A DNA stretch of 64,000 nt from an uncultured Phycisphaeraceae bacterium (GTDB taxonomy: Bacteria > Planctomycetota > Phycisphaerae > UBA1845): contig CAZPHH010000003.1 of assembly GCA_964586145.1 (NCBI GenBank), positions 2,068-66,067 on the forward strand. Direction: 5' to 3'. The first letter of the stretch is position 1. Each line of letters begins with the position of its first letter. The notes beneath the pieces were generated by a model. The model saw only the letters and a list, made by a program, of their open reading frames with translations, made no database searches and had not been told where the DNA came from. Made by a program: the position numbers and the translations under genes. Below are positions 19,635 to 30,049 of this stretch, one piece after another.

Positions 19635-22600
19635 TCAGTTTCGTCCTTTCTGTGCCTGCTGGATGAGCAACTGCATCAGCGCCTGCAATTCCTGCTGCTG
19701 CCGGCCGAGGTCGTGAATCTGCTGCAATTGGGCCTCGGACGGGGGTTCCTGGTTCATCTGCTCCGCGGCCTTCTGTGTGCGGGCGTTCAGGTCAAGCTGC
19801 AGGGCTCGCACGAGCAGCAGTTCGGCGGCGGTCGGCACGCCGCCTTCCGGCGGCGGGGAGGCCCCCGGTTTGTCCCCGGCCTCGGCCTGCGGAGCGGAAT
19901 CACCCGGCGTCGGCAGGGCGGCGAGTTGCTCGAACGCGTCGATCAGCCGGCCCAGGTCGGTGAGAATTCGCTCCTGGCCGGCGGTCAGGGCCTCGTCAAT
20001 CTGCCGCTGCTGGAATTGGTCGCGCGATTGGGTCATGTCGGCGAGGATGCGCGTCATGAGCCAGCGGAACGTGACGGCCGGTCCCATTCGCTCGAGAATG
20101 CCGGCGCCCTGCCCGCGTGCGTCTTCCTGGGCCTGGGCCAGGCGGCCGGCCTTGCGCGCGTCGGCACGGCTGAGCCGCTCGGTGTCGCGGGCGGCCCGGG
20201 CCAGGTCCGACGCGCCGTCGGCAATCGTTTGCTGTTGCGTTCTCAGGCCCTCCAGTTCCGTGCGGAGGGCCAGCACGGATCGGGCCGCGGCCTCGGCTCG
20301 CATCTGATCGGCCAGGCGTTGCGCCAACGTCAGCGCGCGGTTCAGCCGGTCCAGGGCTTCCTTCTGGGCGTCTGTTGCGGCCGCCGCGCGATCGGAACGG
20401 AGTTCCGACTCCGCCTGCTGCATGGATTGCCCGGCGTCCGAAACACGATTGCCGATTGAGGGGTCCATGGCGGCGGCCGTGTCACACGCCGCGGCCAGCT
20501 TCTGCGTTTCGCCGGCCAGGCCGGCCTGAAGGTCGGCCAGGCGGTCCCGGGCCGCGGCGTCGCCGGCCGCACTCGCGGCCTCGGCAGTGGCGTCGAGGAG
20601 TTGTTGCTGCGAGCGGATCAGGCCTCGCAGATGTTCGGCCAGTTGCGTCAGACCCTCCGCGGCGTCCGGCGTCTGTGGCCGAATGCGGCTGAGCAGCGCG
20701 TCCAGCATGGTCGACAGGCCGGCCTCGGCGGCTTGTTGCTCGACGCCGGCGGCGGAAGTCCGGTTCTCTTCAACGGCGCGGGCGGCCTGCCGCATGCGTT
20801 CCGAGACGTTTTGCCGGACGGCCGTCTGAGCGGCGGAGTCCAGCGACGTTTTCTGACGGGATGCGTCCTCTGCATCAGCCGCCGTGGATTCCGCCAGGCG
20901 ACGCATCTGTTCGAGCAGATGCTCCAGGTCTTCCGCCAGCCGGCCCTGGTCGCGTGTGATTCGTTCCAGGACGAGGCGGCGTTCGGCGGGCAGCGTGTCT
21001 ACGGACTGCCCGAGCGTTTCGCGGCCGATGTCGGCGGTCTGCGTGCGCACGGTTTGCTGTTGATCCAGCATCTGCCGCGTGCGATTCACGATCTCTTCGT
21101 AGTCTCCCCACTGGCCGAGCGCTTCGAGTGCGCTGCGAAGGCTGACCGCGGCCTCCTCCTGGCGTTCGAGGGCCTGCGTGAGCAGGTGGTTGCGCTCGGC
21201 CGCCGGTTCCGTTCTGGCGGCCTGGGCCAGTTCGGCGGCGGCGTCCTTCATCGGGCCGGTGGCGGCGGATCGGAGCCGGCCGCCGGCCTGCCCGGCGCGC
21301 CGGCGCGCGGCGGCATCGTCAAACCGGTTCCGATCCATTTCATCCTGCCAGTGCTGCAACCGATCCGACATCTCGCCGATGCGGCGCGCCAGGCGGTCCT
21401 GGGTCCCCGCGGCGGAGCGCAACACCGAGGACGGTTCTTCGGCGTCGGTGTCGCTGCCGGACGAGCGGACGCGGTCGGTGAGCGTTTCCTGCTCACGGAG
21501 TGCCTGGCGGGCGCGTTCCTCCAGCAACTGAAATTCTTCGCGCAGCCGCTGACGGAACGCGTCGTGCGAGATGATCCGCAGGCGCAGCGAAGCCGATTCG
21601 CCGGTCTGCGGTCCGGCGTCGGCGAGCCGGCGGTTGTCGAGGGCCGCGGCGCGATACACCACGTTGTCGCCAGCCTGTACGCCCAGCGAACGCATAGACC
21701 ACTCGAACGCGGCCCGGGCCTGGACCCGATCGGCGGCGAGCTCCATGTCCGTCACATCGGCCAGGTCGATCGTCTGCGGGGCCGAAGCGTCGTTGACGGC
21801 GGCGGAGAGCCAGATCCGGCCCAGCCCGAAGTCGTCTTCCGCTCGGACGGCGACGGGAACAGTGCCGTCTGGTGTCACTTCCACGAGCGACTGGGGGCGT
21901 TCGATGACGACCGCGGGCGGCTGGTCCGCCGCCGCGCGGATGCGATATTCGCGCCCGTCGCGATTCTCGAAGCCTTCGGCATCTTCCACGTGGATCCGGA
22001 ACGCGAAATCGTCGGCCGATTCAAAAATCGCGCAGAACGCATCGTCGTCGTTCGGCGAGGGCAGCAGCGGAAGGTGATCACCGCCCGGGAACACCACGGC
22101 GGCTTCGGGTTCGCCGGCATCGTTCTGCGCCACCGGCTTGCTGAATTGGAAGCACACCGTTACCACGCTGCCCGGCACGGCCCTGGCGGGCGCGGCGGTC
22201 AGGTCGTATTCCCGTTCCCACTCGGCGGGCACGTAGGCCGGGGGGAGAACCAGGGCCCGGGCCTGAACCACCGACGGGCGCCGCACCGCGCGCACGTGAA
22301 CCGGGCGATCGGCGGTTGTGGCGTCGCCCGCCTCGGCCCAGTACGAGAGATCCGCGGCCACGGCCGGAATGGAACACACGTACTCGCCGGCCTCGGCCGC
22401 CTGCATGGAGAAGCTGGCGCGGGAACCGCCCGTATCGCGGATGTGCAGCAGCGGCCGCAGCGACGGCCGATCGCCCCGAACCACTCGCATCCGCACCGGC
22501 AGCGAATCGCCGACGGCCACGGTGGCGTCGCCGGTCCGCATCTCGATTTCCACGGCACGCGGCCACTGGGCCGGGCCGAGCGGATCGGCCAGTCGGGCCA

Positions 22601-23117
22601 CGCCGGTGCGAACCCATTCGGGCTGCCCCACCCAGAGTACGCCGACGACGCTCACCACGCCGGCCAGACGGGCGGCCCGCAGAAGCAGCGGACGCCGGGT
22701 GACGACCTCCCCGAGGCACAGTCCGCGCAGGGCGTCTTCCGCCTGGGCCAGAACATGCCGGGTAAGTGAGGCCGCCCCGGTGCCGCATCCTTGCGCGAAA
22801 TCCGCGGCGCTGCGGAGCGCGTCGGAGGGCAGGCGGAAGCGTCGCTCCACGCGCTGCGCAATGTCGTCCAGCGGGATGGGCCGCCGCAGGGGATGAAGGA
22901 CCCAGCGGATCGCCGCAACGGCCAAACCGATGACCAGGCCGAGGGCCGCGGTCAGACGGACGCCGGGCGGCAGCCAGAACAGCCAGTCGGCGACCATGAC
23001 GGCCAGTCCGGCCGCCAGCCCACCCGTTAGCACGGAACACGTGCCGCAAAGGGCGAGGAGGCGTCGCGCCCGAGCGCGAAGCCGTGTCAGTTCTGTGATG
23101 ATTCGGTCGTTTGTCAT
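19635..23117 (-). CDS. large membrane-anchored coiled-coil protein (DUF4175-like)
   Basis: The N-terminus is a double-TM hairpin (CSVLTGGLAAGLAVMVADWLFW / LTAALGLVIGLAVAAI). A beta-rich region follows, then about 600 aa of Ala/Gln/Arg/Glu-rich helical sequence. Its position in the MoxR/vWA cluster fits this assignment, but the family name is an inference. Confidence 0.7.
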   Translation of the reverse strand: MTNDRIITELTRLRARARRLLALCGTCSVLTGGLAAGLAVMVADWLFWLPPGVRLTAALGLVIGLAVAAIRWVLHPLRRPIPLDDIAQRVERRFRLPSDALRSAADFAQGCGTGAASLTRHVLAQAEDALRGLCLGEVVTRRPLLLRAARLAGVVSVVGVLWVGQPEWVRTGVARLADPLGPAQWPRAVEIEMRTGDATVAVGDSLPVRMRVVRGDRPSLRPLLHIRDTGGSRASFSMQAAEAGEYVCSIPAVAADLSYWAEAGDATTADRPVHVRAVRRPSVVQARALVLPPAYVPAEWEREYDLTAAPARAVPGSVVTVCFQFSKPVAQNDAGEPEAAVVFPGGDHLPLLPSPNDDDAFCAIFESADDFAFRIHVEDAEGFENRDGREYRIRAAADQPPAVVIERPQSLVEVTPDGTVPVAVRAEDDFGLGRIWLSAAVNDASAPQTIDLADVTDMELAADRVQARAAFEWSMRSLGVQAGDNVVYRAAALDNRRLADAGPQTGESASLRLRIISHDAFRQRLREEFQLLEERARQALREQETLTDRVRSSGSDTDAEEPSSVLRSAAGTQDRLARRIGEMSDRLQHWQDEMDRNRFDDAAARRRAGQAGGRLRSAATGPMKDAAAELAQAARTEPAAERNHLLTQALERQEEAAVSLRSALEALGQWGDYEEIVNRTRQMLDQQQTVRTQTADIGRETLGQSVDTLPAERRLVLERITRDQGRLAEDLEHLLEQMRRLAESTAADAEDASRQKTSLDSAAQTAVRQNVSERMRQAARAVEENRTSAAGVEQQAAEAGLSTMLDALLSRIRPQTPDAAEGLTQLAEHLRGLIRSQQQLLDATAEAASAAGDAAARDRLADLQAGLAGETQKLAAACDTAAAMDPSIGNRVSDAGQSMQQAESELRSDRAAAATDAQKEALDRLNRALTLAQRLADQMRAEAAARSVLALRTELEGLRTQQQTIADGASDLARAARDTERLSRADARKAGRLAQAQEDARGQGAGILERMGPAVTFRWLMTRILADMTQSRDQFQQRQIDEALTAGQERILTDLGRLIDAFEQLAALPTPGDSAPQAEAGDKPGASPPPEGGVPTAAELLLVRALQLDLNARTQKAAEQMNQEPPSEAQLQQIHDLGRQQQELQALMQLLIQQAQKGRN

Positions 23118-23150
23118 GCCTGCAGCGGCAGCCCGGCGGCCGGTTCTGCC

Positions 23151-25565
23151 TCAAATCACTCCCCATGCCTTTCGCAGAATCCATTCCACGGTCAGGAGAG
23201 CGGCCAGGACAATCCAGGCCAGCTTCGTCCGCCAGAGCGGAACTCGAACGTCGTCCGGCGTTCGCAGATCGCGCTGCTCTATGGTGGAAATCGCCTCAGC
23301 CAGCCGATCGGGCGGCACCAGCCGGCCCCCTGTTCGCTCGGCCAGTCGAGCAAGTGCATCCGGATCGGCTTCCAGCCGCCGTGTTTCGATGGAATCGTCC
23401 TCGATGCGGACCGGCGCCGACGCCGGCTTCTGCCCGGCCGGCGGCGGCACGCCCTCCACCTGCACCGTGAAGCGCCCCGGCCGCGACGGCGTCCACGTGC
23501 ATTCGTACAGCGGGGAATCCGCACCGAGGCGCTGGGCCATAAGCCGGGCCGTCGGTCGATCCTCCGTGTCGCGCACCATCAGGTCGAGCTGGGCCCCCAG
23601 CGACTCCAGGAGTCGGGCGTCTGTCACGCGTACGCGCAGTTCCAGTGGTCGGGCGGCGGCGCTGACAGGCGGATCGGCCGTCAGGGTGAGGCGGCGATCC
23701 TGCGCCAGGTCGCGTGACGGCATGAGCTCGCGCACGAGCTGGACCCAGTATGCGTCGTGGAGCCATTCGCCGGTGCGGCGGCGCCATCGCCAGGTTTCGT
23801 CGATGCCCTGGAAGAGGACCTTTCCGGCGCCGTATCGTCCGATCACCAGCAGCGGCGCCGGGTCGGCCTCGGCCTGCGAAGCGGGATGCTCGATCAGCAC
23901 CTCCGCCCCCGGTCGCGGTCCGCGTGTGCGTGCGAACCAGTACGGGCCGGGCAGATTTTCGAGCAGCCGGTCGTTCGCCGCCCGATCGGCGTCAAACCGG
24001 AAGAGCCGGCTCTGCCGCCCGTGCGGGGTGAAGCGAGGCGGGAACGACTCGGAGAGGCTGGCCGGCGTGCCGGCGGCGGTTCCAGGGTCGATGCGCACCG
24101 GCACCAGTTTCTCCAGCGGCGTGCCGCGGAACCGCGCGGGTGCGAAGCGTTCGCCCGCGATCAGCCCGAACCCGCCGCCGCGCTCGCCGACGAAATCGAC
24201 CAGCAGTTGGGCCCGGGCCGTTCCCAGCCAGTTGTCGGCTGGGTCGACGTCGCCGAACAGGACCACGTCGTACGCGTTCAGCTCTTCGGCGGTTTCGGGA
24301 AATCGGCGAATGGGATCGTCGCCTTCCTGGGCGAAGTCACGGTCGGCGCTGAGCAGCAGGCAGCTCACGCGCACGGTCGGCTCGCGGATCAGGGCGGTGG
24401 AGAGGTAGCGGTATTCGAAACGCGGGTATCCGTCCACGTAAAGGACGCGAAGCGGCTCGCGGAGCACGTTGACGGTCAGCGTCTCCGCGTTGTTGTCCAG
24501 CCGGCGCTCGCCGTCCAGCGGCCCCACTGCCACCCGAAACGACTGAGCGCCGGCCTGTCGCGGGCGCGTGCGAAGCTCGATCTCGCGTGGGGGGTCGCCG
24601 GGGCTGATGCGAACCGTCTCGGTGGCGACCGCAGCCGTGCCGGACTCGTCGATCAGCCGCACAGTGGCTGTCAGTGGTTCGCGGATGCCTCGCGCCTCGA
24701 GGGTGGCTCGAATAGCGAGCACGTCGTTGACGAAGATGTTGGGGTCTGCGGTGGCGGGCCCCAGGGCCAGATCGCGTCGGGGATCGGCGGAGCCGAACGG
24801 GACGGCCAGGACCGGCACGAACGCCACGGACGCCGCGTCCGCGGTGTCGGACGATCCACCGGGCGCGGTCGCGCGGCCGTCGGAGAGCAGCAGGATCGCC
24901 GCAGGCCGGCCGACGGGCAGGGCCGTGTACGCGCGGAGCACGTCTCGGGTGGCGGCGGAGAGGTCGGTGACGGGGCCGTCGGCGGCGAGAGCTTGCAGAG
25001 CGGTTTCGAGTTCAGCGAGCTGGCCGGCGTCTTCGGCGGAGGCAATCGCACGCGCCGAACCGGACGCGGCATACAGATCGACTGCGTGTCGTTCCAGCAG
25101 CGTCCGCAAGACGGCGGACTTCTGCGCGGACAGAATGGTTCGGGCCCAGTCCAGCCGGGACGCCTCACCAAGTCTCTCGACCGGCGTCTGCGCGGCGGTG
25201 GACAGGGCCTGGGCCGCGTGGGTGTCGGAGTACACATCGGTGGCGTCCATGCTGCGCGAGGTGTCCAGCACCAGTGCGACCCGCGACCGTTCCACCTGGT
25301 TCCGCTGGAGTATCAGCACGGGACCGGCCAGCAGGAGCACGACCAGTCCGCACACGGCTGCCCGTAGCAGGCCGAGGACGATTCGCCGTCGCGGCGTCGT
25401 GTCTTCGCGACGGTAGAGCCGGTGTACGATCAGCAGCACTGCCGCCAGCACCAGCACGATGAGCCAGCCGCCGACCGGCGGTTGCCAGTCCCACGACCAG
25501 CGACCTTCGCCGGCCGGGCGAAGCGGATCAAGTTCCAGAAGCCAGTGCATCACAGACGGCATCAC
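23151..25565 (-). CDS. membrane protein with vWA domain and glutamine-amidotransferase-like C-terminal region
   Basis: It has N-terminal TM segments and a MIDAS-type motif LVLDTSRSMD. A later LRVLYVDGYPRFEYRYL...YDVVLFGDVD segment is typical of the GATase1-like module in BatB-type cluster proteins. Confidence 0.75.
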   Translation of the reverse strand: MMPSVMHWLLELDPLRPAGEGRWSWDWQPPVGGWLIVLVLAAVLLIVHRLYRREDTTPRRRIVLGLLRAAVCGLVVLLLAGPVLILQRNQVERSRVALVLDTSRSMDATDVYSDTHAAQALSTAAQTPVERLGEASRLDWARTILSAQKSAVLRTLLERHAVDLYAASGSARAIASAEDAGQLAELETALQALAADGPVTDLSAATRDVLRAYTALPVGRPAAILLLSDGRATAPGGSSDTADAASVAFVPVLAVPFGSADPRRDLALGPATADPNIFVNDVLAIRATLEARGIREPLTATVRLIDESGTAAVATETVRISPGDPPREIELRTRPRQAGAQSFRVAVGPLDGERRLDNNAETLTVNVLREPLRVLYVDGYPRFEYRYLSTALIREPTVRVSCLLLSADRDFAQEGDDPIRRFPETAEELNAYDVVLFGDVDPADNWLGTARAQLLVDFVGERGGGFGLIAGERFAPARFRGTPLEKLVPVRIDPGTAAGTPASLSESFPPRFTPHGRQSRLFRFDADRAANDRLLENLPGPYWFARTRGPRPGAEVLIEHPASQAEADPAPLLVIGRYGAGKVLFQGIDETWRWRRRTGEWLHDAYWVQLVRELMPSRDLAQDRRLTLTADPPVSAAARPLELRVRVTDARLLESLGAQLDLMVRDTEDRPTARLMAQRLGADSPLYECTWTPSRPGRFTVQVEGVPPPAGQKPASAPVRIEDDSIETRRLEADPDALARLAERTGGRLVPPDRLAEAISTIEQRDLRTPDDVRVPLWRTKLAWIVLAALLTVEWILRKAWGVI

Positions 25566-25574
25566 TCCTTGCCT

Positions 25575-27821
25575 TCAACCCGTCGCAGCGCCGAAGCGGA
25601 CGGCCAGCCACGACTCACCGAGCAGAAGCATCAAAACGAGCGCCAACGCGGGCACGGACAGGTCCGTGGCGGGGGCCGCCAGGCCATCAGAATCGCGCAG
25701 CTCCGCGGCGGACACGTAGTCAAAGCGACAGGCCAGTCGTTCGGCCAGCGCGGCCTCGGAGAGCGGCGTCAGGTCCGCCTCGTTGACGTCGATGTTCACG
25801 GCGAACGTGTGGGCGGCCGACTCGACCTGCATCACGTACAGGCCCGCTTTGTCCGTTTCGGCATACGTGGCCGCCACGCCGTCGACTTCCGTCGATAATG
25901 CGGCGGTCTGGGTCTGCCCGTCCGGCAGCAGAACCACGGGCGGTTCCGGCCGGCTCAGGCCGGCGGGGCTGAGCGGTTCGGCCAACGGCTCGCCCACCTG
26001 TACGGACCGGTGTCCGGTCCGCGCGGGCACAAGGTGGGACACCAGGTTCGTCATGAGGGAAACGTAGTCGCCCTTGGCCGGCAGGTTCGTCCAGGTCATG
26101 TCGGCGGAGGTGGTGAACAGGCCTGACCGTCCGCGGCCAACGGTCCGGATCAGAATTGCGGGGTTGCCGTTCTCGTACCGCAGCGGCACGTCCGTGCGAT
26201 CCGGTTCGGGGCTCGTCCGGACGTAGCGGGCGATGCGGCTTTGAAACAGCCCGCTGTCCGCGGCGTCGGCGAAGTCGGACGTCACCGGGTGCGGGTTTGC
26301 CTCGTGTTTCAGCCGTGTGCTGCGTTCGTCGCCCGCGGGCGGGAACGGCTCGCCCAGTTCCGCGGCCAGCACGCCTTCTCCGCCGGCATAGGCGACTTCG
26401 TTGTAGTGCGGAATCTGCACGTCCTCGCCAAGCGTGACCAGCAGTCCGCCGCCCGCGGCGACGAAGTCACGCAAGCCGCTCCACGCGGCCGGCGGCAGTT
26501 GCGGCACGTCACAGAGTGCAATCACGTCGTACGCAGACAGCACTTCGCCCGCAAGATCGTACGGGGCCAGCACCTTCGGGGCCAGCGCGTACCGGTCGCC
26601 CGCCGCGGTGCGTGGGGCCAGCGCCAGGGCGAGATATCCCGCCGCGCCGGACAGTCCGGCTGCGCCGGGCCGCCCGTCCACGAGCAGCACCGGGACATGT
26701 TCGCGCGTTTCGATGGATGCGTACCGCACGTTGTCCGCGGCGAGCGCGTCGGCCGATTCGCCCGCGAACACCAGGCGCGCTTCCAGCCCGAGCGAGCCGG
26801 CGGTGTCGAAGACGGCGGAGAACCACGCCGTTTCCCCCTTGCCCGGTGCGAGCGTCGGCAACTCCATGCGGCGGAGGAAGCGATCCTCCTGGTGTACCTG
26901 GACGGCCAGCCCGGCCACCGCCCGGGGCCCGAAGTTCGCCACGTCCACACCGAATCGAACCGGCACGTCGACGGCCAGCAGCGGGGACGTCGCGGCAAAC
27001 CGAATGATCGCCACGTTGTCCAGGGCCTTCTCACCATCGGGCGTTCCGGCGCCAACCAGCACGAGCCTGGCCATGCCGGCCACCTCGCGGGCGGCGGACG
27101 CGACGGATCCAGCGGCATCGGCTGGCGCATCCGCCAGGACGTTCTCGCCCAGGGCGGCACGCGTCAGGTCGGAAATCACGTATACGACCACGGAGCCGGC
27201 GCGAGCCGCCCCCGCGGTTCCCCATTCACTGCCGCGGATCGTCTCTGCGGCGAGCCGAAGTCCGCCGTTCAGGTTCGTGCCGCGTTCACCGGCCGTCACC
27301 GCGTCCAGGCGGGTCTGCAGGTGGCGTCTGTCGCGCGTGGGCACCGATACGGCCCGGCCGGCAGGCGAGGCGAGCGTGATCAGCGACACCGAATCCGTGT
27401 CCGGGAAGGAGTCGAGAAGCTGCCGCGCGGCGGCCCGGGCCTGATCGAACCGTGTCGTCTGGTCGTTCGGCACCTCTCGCGCGACGGCATGCATCGAGCA
27501 CGAATTGTCGAGAAGCAGGATCCGGAGCGTGCCACGGCCGGGCACTCCGGACCAGGGCGAACGCGTCAGAAACGGACCCGCCGCCGCCAGGCCCAGCAGC
27601 ATGATGGCCAGCGTTCGCGTGGCGAGCAGGAGCCACTGCTCCAGTTGCATCCGCCGGCGACTGCGACGGTTGGCCGCCAGCAGGAAGCTCATGGCCGCCC
27701 ACGGCGTGCGACGAAACCGCCGGCGGTGCAGCAGGTGGATGACAATGGGCACGGCGCCGCCGGCCACGGCCGCCACGGCCAGGCCCGGCAGCGCGAACGA
27801 GATGGCGGCCAACGCACCCAC
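25575..27821 (-). CDS. BatA-domain / vWA domain membrane protein
   Basis: The N-terminus is a double-TM BatA-type signature (PGLAVAAVAGGAVPIVIHLLHRRRFRRTPWAAMSFL). The MIDAS-like motif is LLLDNSCSMHA. Confidence 0.8.
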   Translation of the reverse strand: MGALAAISFALPGLAVAAVAGGAVPIVIHLLHRRRFRRTPWAAMSFLLAANRRSRRRMQLEQWLLLATRTLAIMLLGLAAAGPFLTRSPWSGVPGRGTLRILLLDNSCSMHAVAREVPNDQTTRFDQARAAARQLLDSFPDTDSVSLITLASPAGRAVSVPTRDRRHLQTRLDAVTAGERGTNLNGGLRLAAETIRGSEWGTAGAARAGSVVVYVISDLTRAALGENVLADAPADAAGSVASAAREVAGMARLVLVGAGTPDGEKALDNVAIIRFAATSPLLAVDVPVRFGVDVANFGPRAVAGLAVQVHQEDRFLRRMELPTLAPGKGETAWFSAVFDTAGSLGLEARLVFAGESADALAADNVRYASIETREHVPVLLVDGRPGAAGLSGAAGYLALALAPRTAAGDRYALAPKVLAPYDLAGEVLSAYDVIALCDVPQLPPAAWSGLRDFVAAGGGLLVTLGEDVQIPHYNEVAYAGGEGVLAAELGEPFPPAGDERSTRLKHEANPHPVTSDFADAADSGLFQSRIARYVRTSPEPDRTDVPLRYENGNPAILIRTVGRGRSGLFTTSADMTWTNLPAKGDYVSLMTNLVSHLVPARTGHRSVQVGEPLAEPLSPAGLSRPEPPVVLLPDGQTQTAALSTEVDGVAATYAETDKAGLYVMQVESAAHTFAVNIDVNEADLTPLSEAALAERLACRFDYVSAAELRDSDGLAAPATDLSVPALALVLMLLLGESWLAVRFGAATG

Positions 27822-27823
27822 CG

Positions 27824-28819
27824 TCAGCCTCCTCCCTGCGTCCGCGACGAACGCGTCCGCGCCCGCACGCCGCGCGTGGCCAGGTACGCGCTCAAGGCCG
27901 GCCCCAGCGGCTCGGAGGTGTCACACACCACGTAGTCCGCCTGCATGGCCCGGCAGCCGCGGTCGAGCGTGGCGCGAAAGGCCTCCGTCTGAGCCTGGTA
28001 TCGCCGGCGCAGCGCCCGCGGCTCCACCAGCAGCCGGCCCAGCTCTTCCAGACCTTCGAACCGCGTCGGCCCGCGGAACGGAAACGTAAGCTCTGCCGGG
28101 TCCCACACGTTGAACACGATGACGTCGTTGCCGCGGTACCGCAGGTGCTGCAGCCCGCGGAGCGTCTCCTGCGGATCGTCGAACAGGTCGCTGATCAGTA
28201 CCACCACGCCGCGGCTGACCCGCTCGGCCAGATCGTCCAGCACGACCCGCAGTGACGTTCGGGCGGGGCCGATGCTCACCTGCAGATCGTCGATGAGCGG
28301 ACGCCAGAGCGACGGATGGTTCGACGGCTTGCGAAACCGCGTGATCCGCCGGTCGAACAGGGCCAGCCCCACCGAGTCCCGCTGGGTGAGCGCGAGGTAG
28401 GCCAGGCTGGCGGCCACGGCGGTCGCGTACTCGTGTTTGCTCAGTGGTGCCGCGTCGCTGCGGTAGGCCATGGATTCGCTGCAATCGACGGCGAGTATGC
28501 AGTTGAGGTTCGTGTCTTGCTGGTATTCTTTCACGAAATACCGGTCCGTGCGGCCAAAGAGCCGCCAGTCGATGTGCCGGATGTCGTCGCTTTGGGTGTA
28601 GGGCCGGTGGTCGGCGAACTCGACGGAGACGCCGCGATACGGGCTGCGGTGCATGCCGGCGTACAGACCTGCGACGGCCAGTCGGGCCCGCAGTTGCAGT
28701 CCGCTGATCCGGGCCAGCACCTGCGGGTCGAGGTACTTGCGGTAATCGCGGGGCGGCGTCGGCCGGCGCGTTTCTCCCGCGGCTTCCTGCGGCATTGCGT
28801 GCTGGCCGGTTTCCGCCAT
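27824..28819 (-). CDS. DUF58 domain protein
   Basis: The internal ATG at 28819 (MAETGQH...) gives a 331-aa product with DUF58 hallmarks: YRGVSVEFADHRPYTQSDDIRHIDWRLFGRTDRYFVKEY and ILAVDCSESM. The longer track ORF (to 30031) would overlap the MoxR gene. Confidence 0.85.
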   Translation of the reverse strand: MAETGQHAMPQEAAGETRRPTPPRDYRKYLDPQVLARISGLQLRARLAVAGLYAGMHRSPYRGVSVEFADHRPYTQSDDIRHIDWRLFGRTDRYFVKEYQQDTNLNCILAVDCSESMAYRSDAAPLSKHEYATAVAASLAYLALTQRDSVGLALFDRRITRFRKPSNHPSLWRPLIDDLQVSIGPARTSLRVVLDDLAERVSRGVVVLISDLFDDPQETLRGLQHLRYRGNDVIVFNVWDPAELTFPFRGPTRFEGLEELGRLLVEPRALRRRYQAQTEAFRATLDRGCRAMQADYVVCDTSEPLGPALSAYLATRGVRARTRSSRTQGGG

Positions 28820-28830
28820 GGTGAATCCGT

Positions 28831-29931
28831 TCAGCCGCGGCGCGGCTCCTGCGCGGACGTTTCGGCAAACACGCGGGCGGCGGACTGCGCGTCCAGTGCG
28901 TCCGACGGCTCGCTGGGCAGTGTTGCGATGAGGCGGTCCACGATGCCGTCCGGGCGAATGCCGTCCGCTTCCGCGTTGAAATTCGTGATGATCCGGTGAC
29001 GCAAGACAGGGTGCGCGACGGCACGGACGTCCTCGATCGACACGTAAAACCGGCCTTCCAGCAGGGCCCGGGCCCGGCCGGCGGACACCAGGTGCTGCGA
29101 GGCTCGCGGACCGGCGCCCCACGACACGTAGTCCCGCACAAAGTCCGGCGCGTCCTCGCGGTCCGGTCGGCTGGATCGGGTGAGGCGCAGGGCATAGCGA
29201 GCCACGGGATCGGCGCACGGCACCTGCCGCACAACGTCCTGGAGCGTGGTGACGTCCTGGGCGGACATGACGCGCTGTACGGCCGCATCGGTCGGCCCGC
29301 CGGTCAGGTGGATGATGGCCAGCTCCTCCGCCTCGCTGGGATAGTCCACCAGAACCTTGAACATGAACCGGTCGAGCTGGGCCTCGGGCAGGGGGTACGT
29401 GCCTTCCTGCTCGATGGGGTTCTGCGTGGCCAGCACGAAGAACGGCTGCGGCAGCTTGTGCGAGTACCCCGCCGCGGTCACCTGGCCCTCCTGCATGGCT
29501 TCCAGCAGGGCAGACTGCGTTTTGGGCGGCGTGCGGTTCACCTCGTCCGCCAGAATCATGTTCGCGAACACCGGGCCGGGCACGAACCGCAACTGGCGCG
29601 TGCCGGTCGCCTTGTCCTCTTCGATTACTTCCGTGCCGGTGATGTCCGAGGGCATCAGGTCCGGCGTGAACTGAATGCGCGAGAAGCTGAGGGACAGCGT
29701 CTTGGCCAGCGTGCTGATAAGCAGCGTTTTCGCCAGGCCGGGCACGCCTTCCAGAATGCCGTGACCCCGGCACAGCAACGCGATCAGCAACTGGGTGATC
29801 ACGTCGTCCTGCCCGACGATCACCTTGGCCAGCTCGCCGCGCAGGGCTCGGCAGGATTCCACGAGTCGTGTTGCGGAGGCCGGGTCGATCTCGCCCGAGC
29901 CGGCTCCGCCCGCCGGTGCGTGTGGGGCCAT
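28831..29931 (-). CDS. MoxR family AAA+ ATPase
   Basis: The ATG at 29931 is preceded by AGGAGGAG. The Walker A region is EGVPGLAKT and the Walker B is ILADEVNR. Further MoxR motifs: PKTQSALLEAMQE and ATQNPIEQEGTYPLPEAQLDRF. Confidence 0.9.
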   Translation of the reverse strand: MAPHAPAGGAGSGEIDPASATRLVESCRALRGELAKVIVGQDDVITQLLIALLCRGHGILEGVPGLAKTLLISTLAKTLSLSFSRIQFTPDLMPSDITGTEVIEEDKATGTRQLRFVPGPVFANMILADEVNRTPPKTQSALLEAMQEGQVTAAGYSHKLPQPFFVLATQNPIEQEGTYPLPEAQLDRFMFKVLVDYPSEAEELAIIHLTGGPTDAAVQRVMSAQDVTTLQDVVRQVPCADPVARYALRLTRSSRPDREDAPDFVRDYVSWGAGPRASQHLVSAGRARALLEGRFYVSIEDVRAVAHPVLRHRIITNFNAEADGIRPDGIVDRLIATLPSEPSDALDAQSAARVFAETSAQEPRRG

Positions 29932-30049
29932 AAGGGTTTGCTCCTCCTGAGCTTCTCGCCGCGGACCGGCGACCGCCCGCCGGGCTTCCGCGTTCGCAGG
30001 AGATTCTACCGGTCCGGCCCCTGGCGGCCAAACGCGGCGCGAGTGTCCG

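Noticed and set aside
20601-22769. A 722-aa plus-strand ORF. Similar long shadows occur at 30056-32278, 26241-27935, 17736-19097, 57305-58909, 61522-63084, 23757-25367 and 11348-12730.
   Set aside because: All lie antisense to genes with clear family motifs or signal peptides. All have low-complexity Arg/Gly/Pro-rich translations. None has a plausible RBS context.
27824-30031. A 735-aa ORF that would fuse DUF58 with sequence overlapping the MoxR gene.
   Set aside because: The N-terminal 400 aa are out-of-frame shadow sequence over the MoxR gene. The DUF58 homology begins at the internal ATG at 28819, directly after the MoxR stop at 28831.
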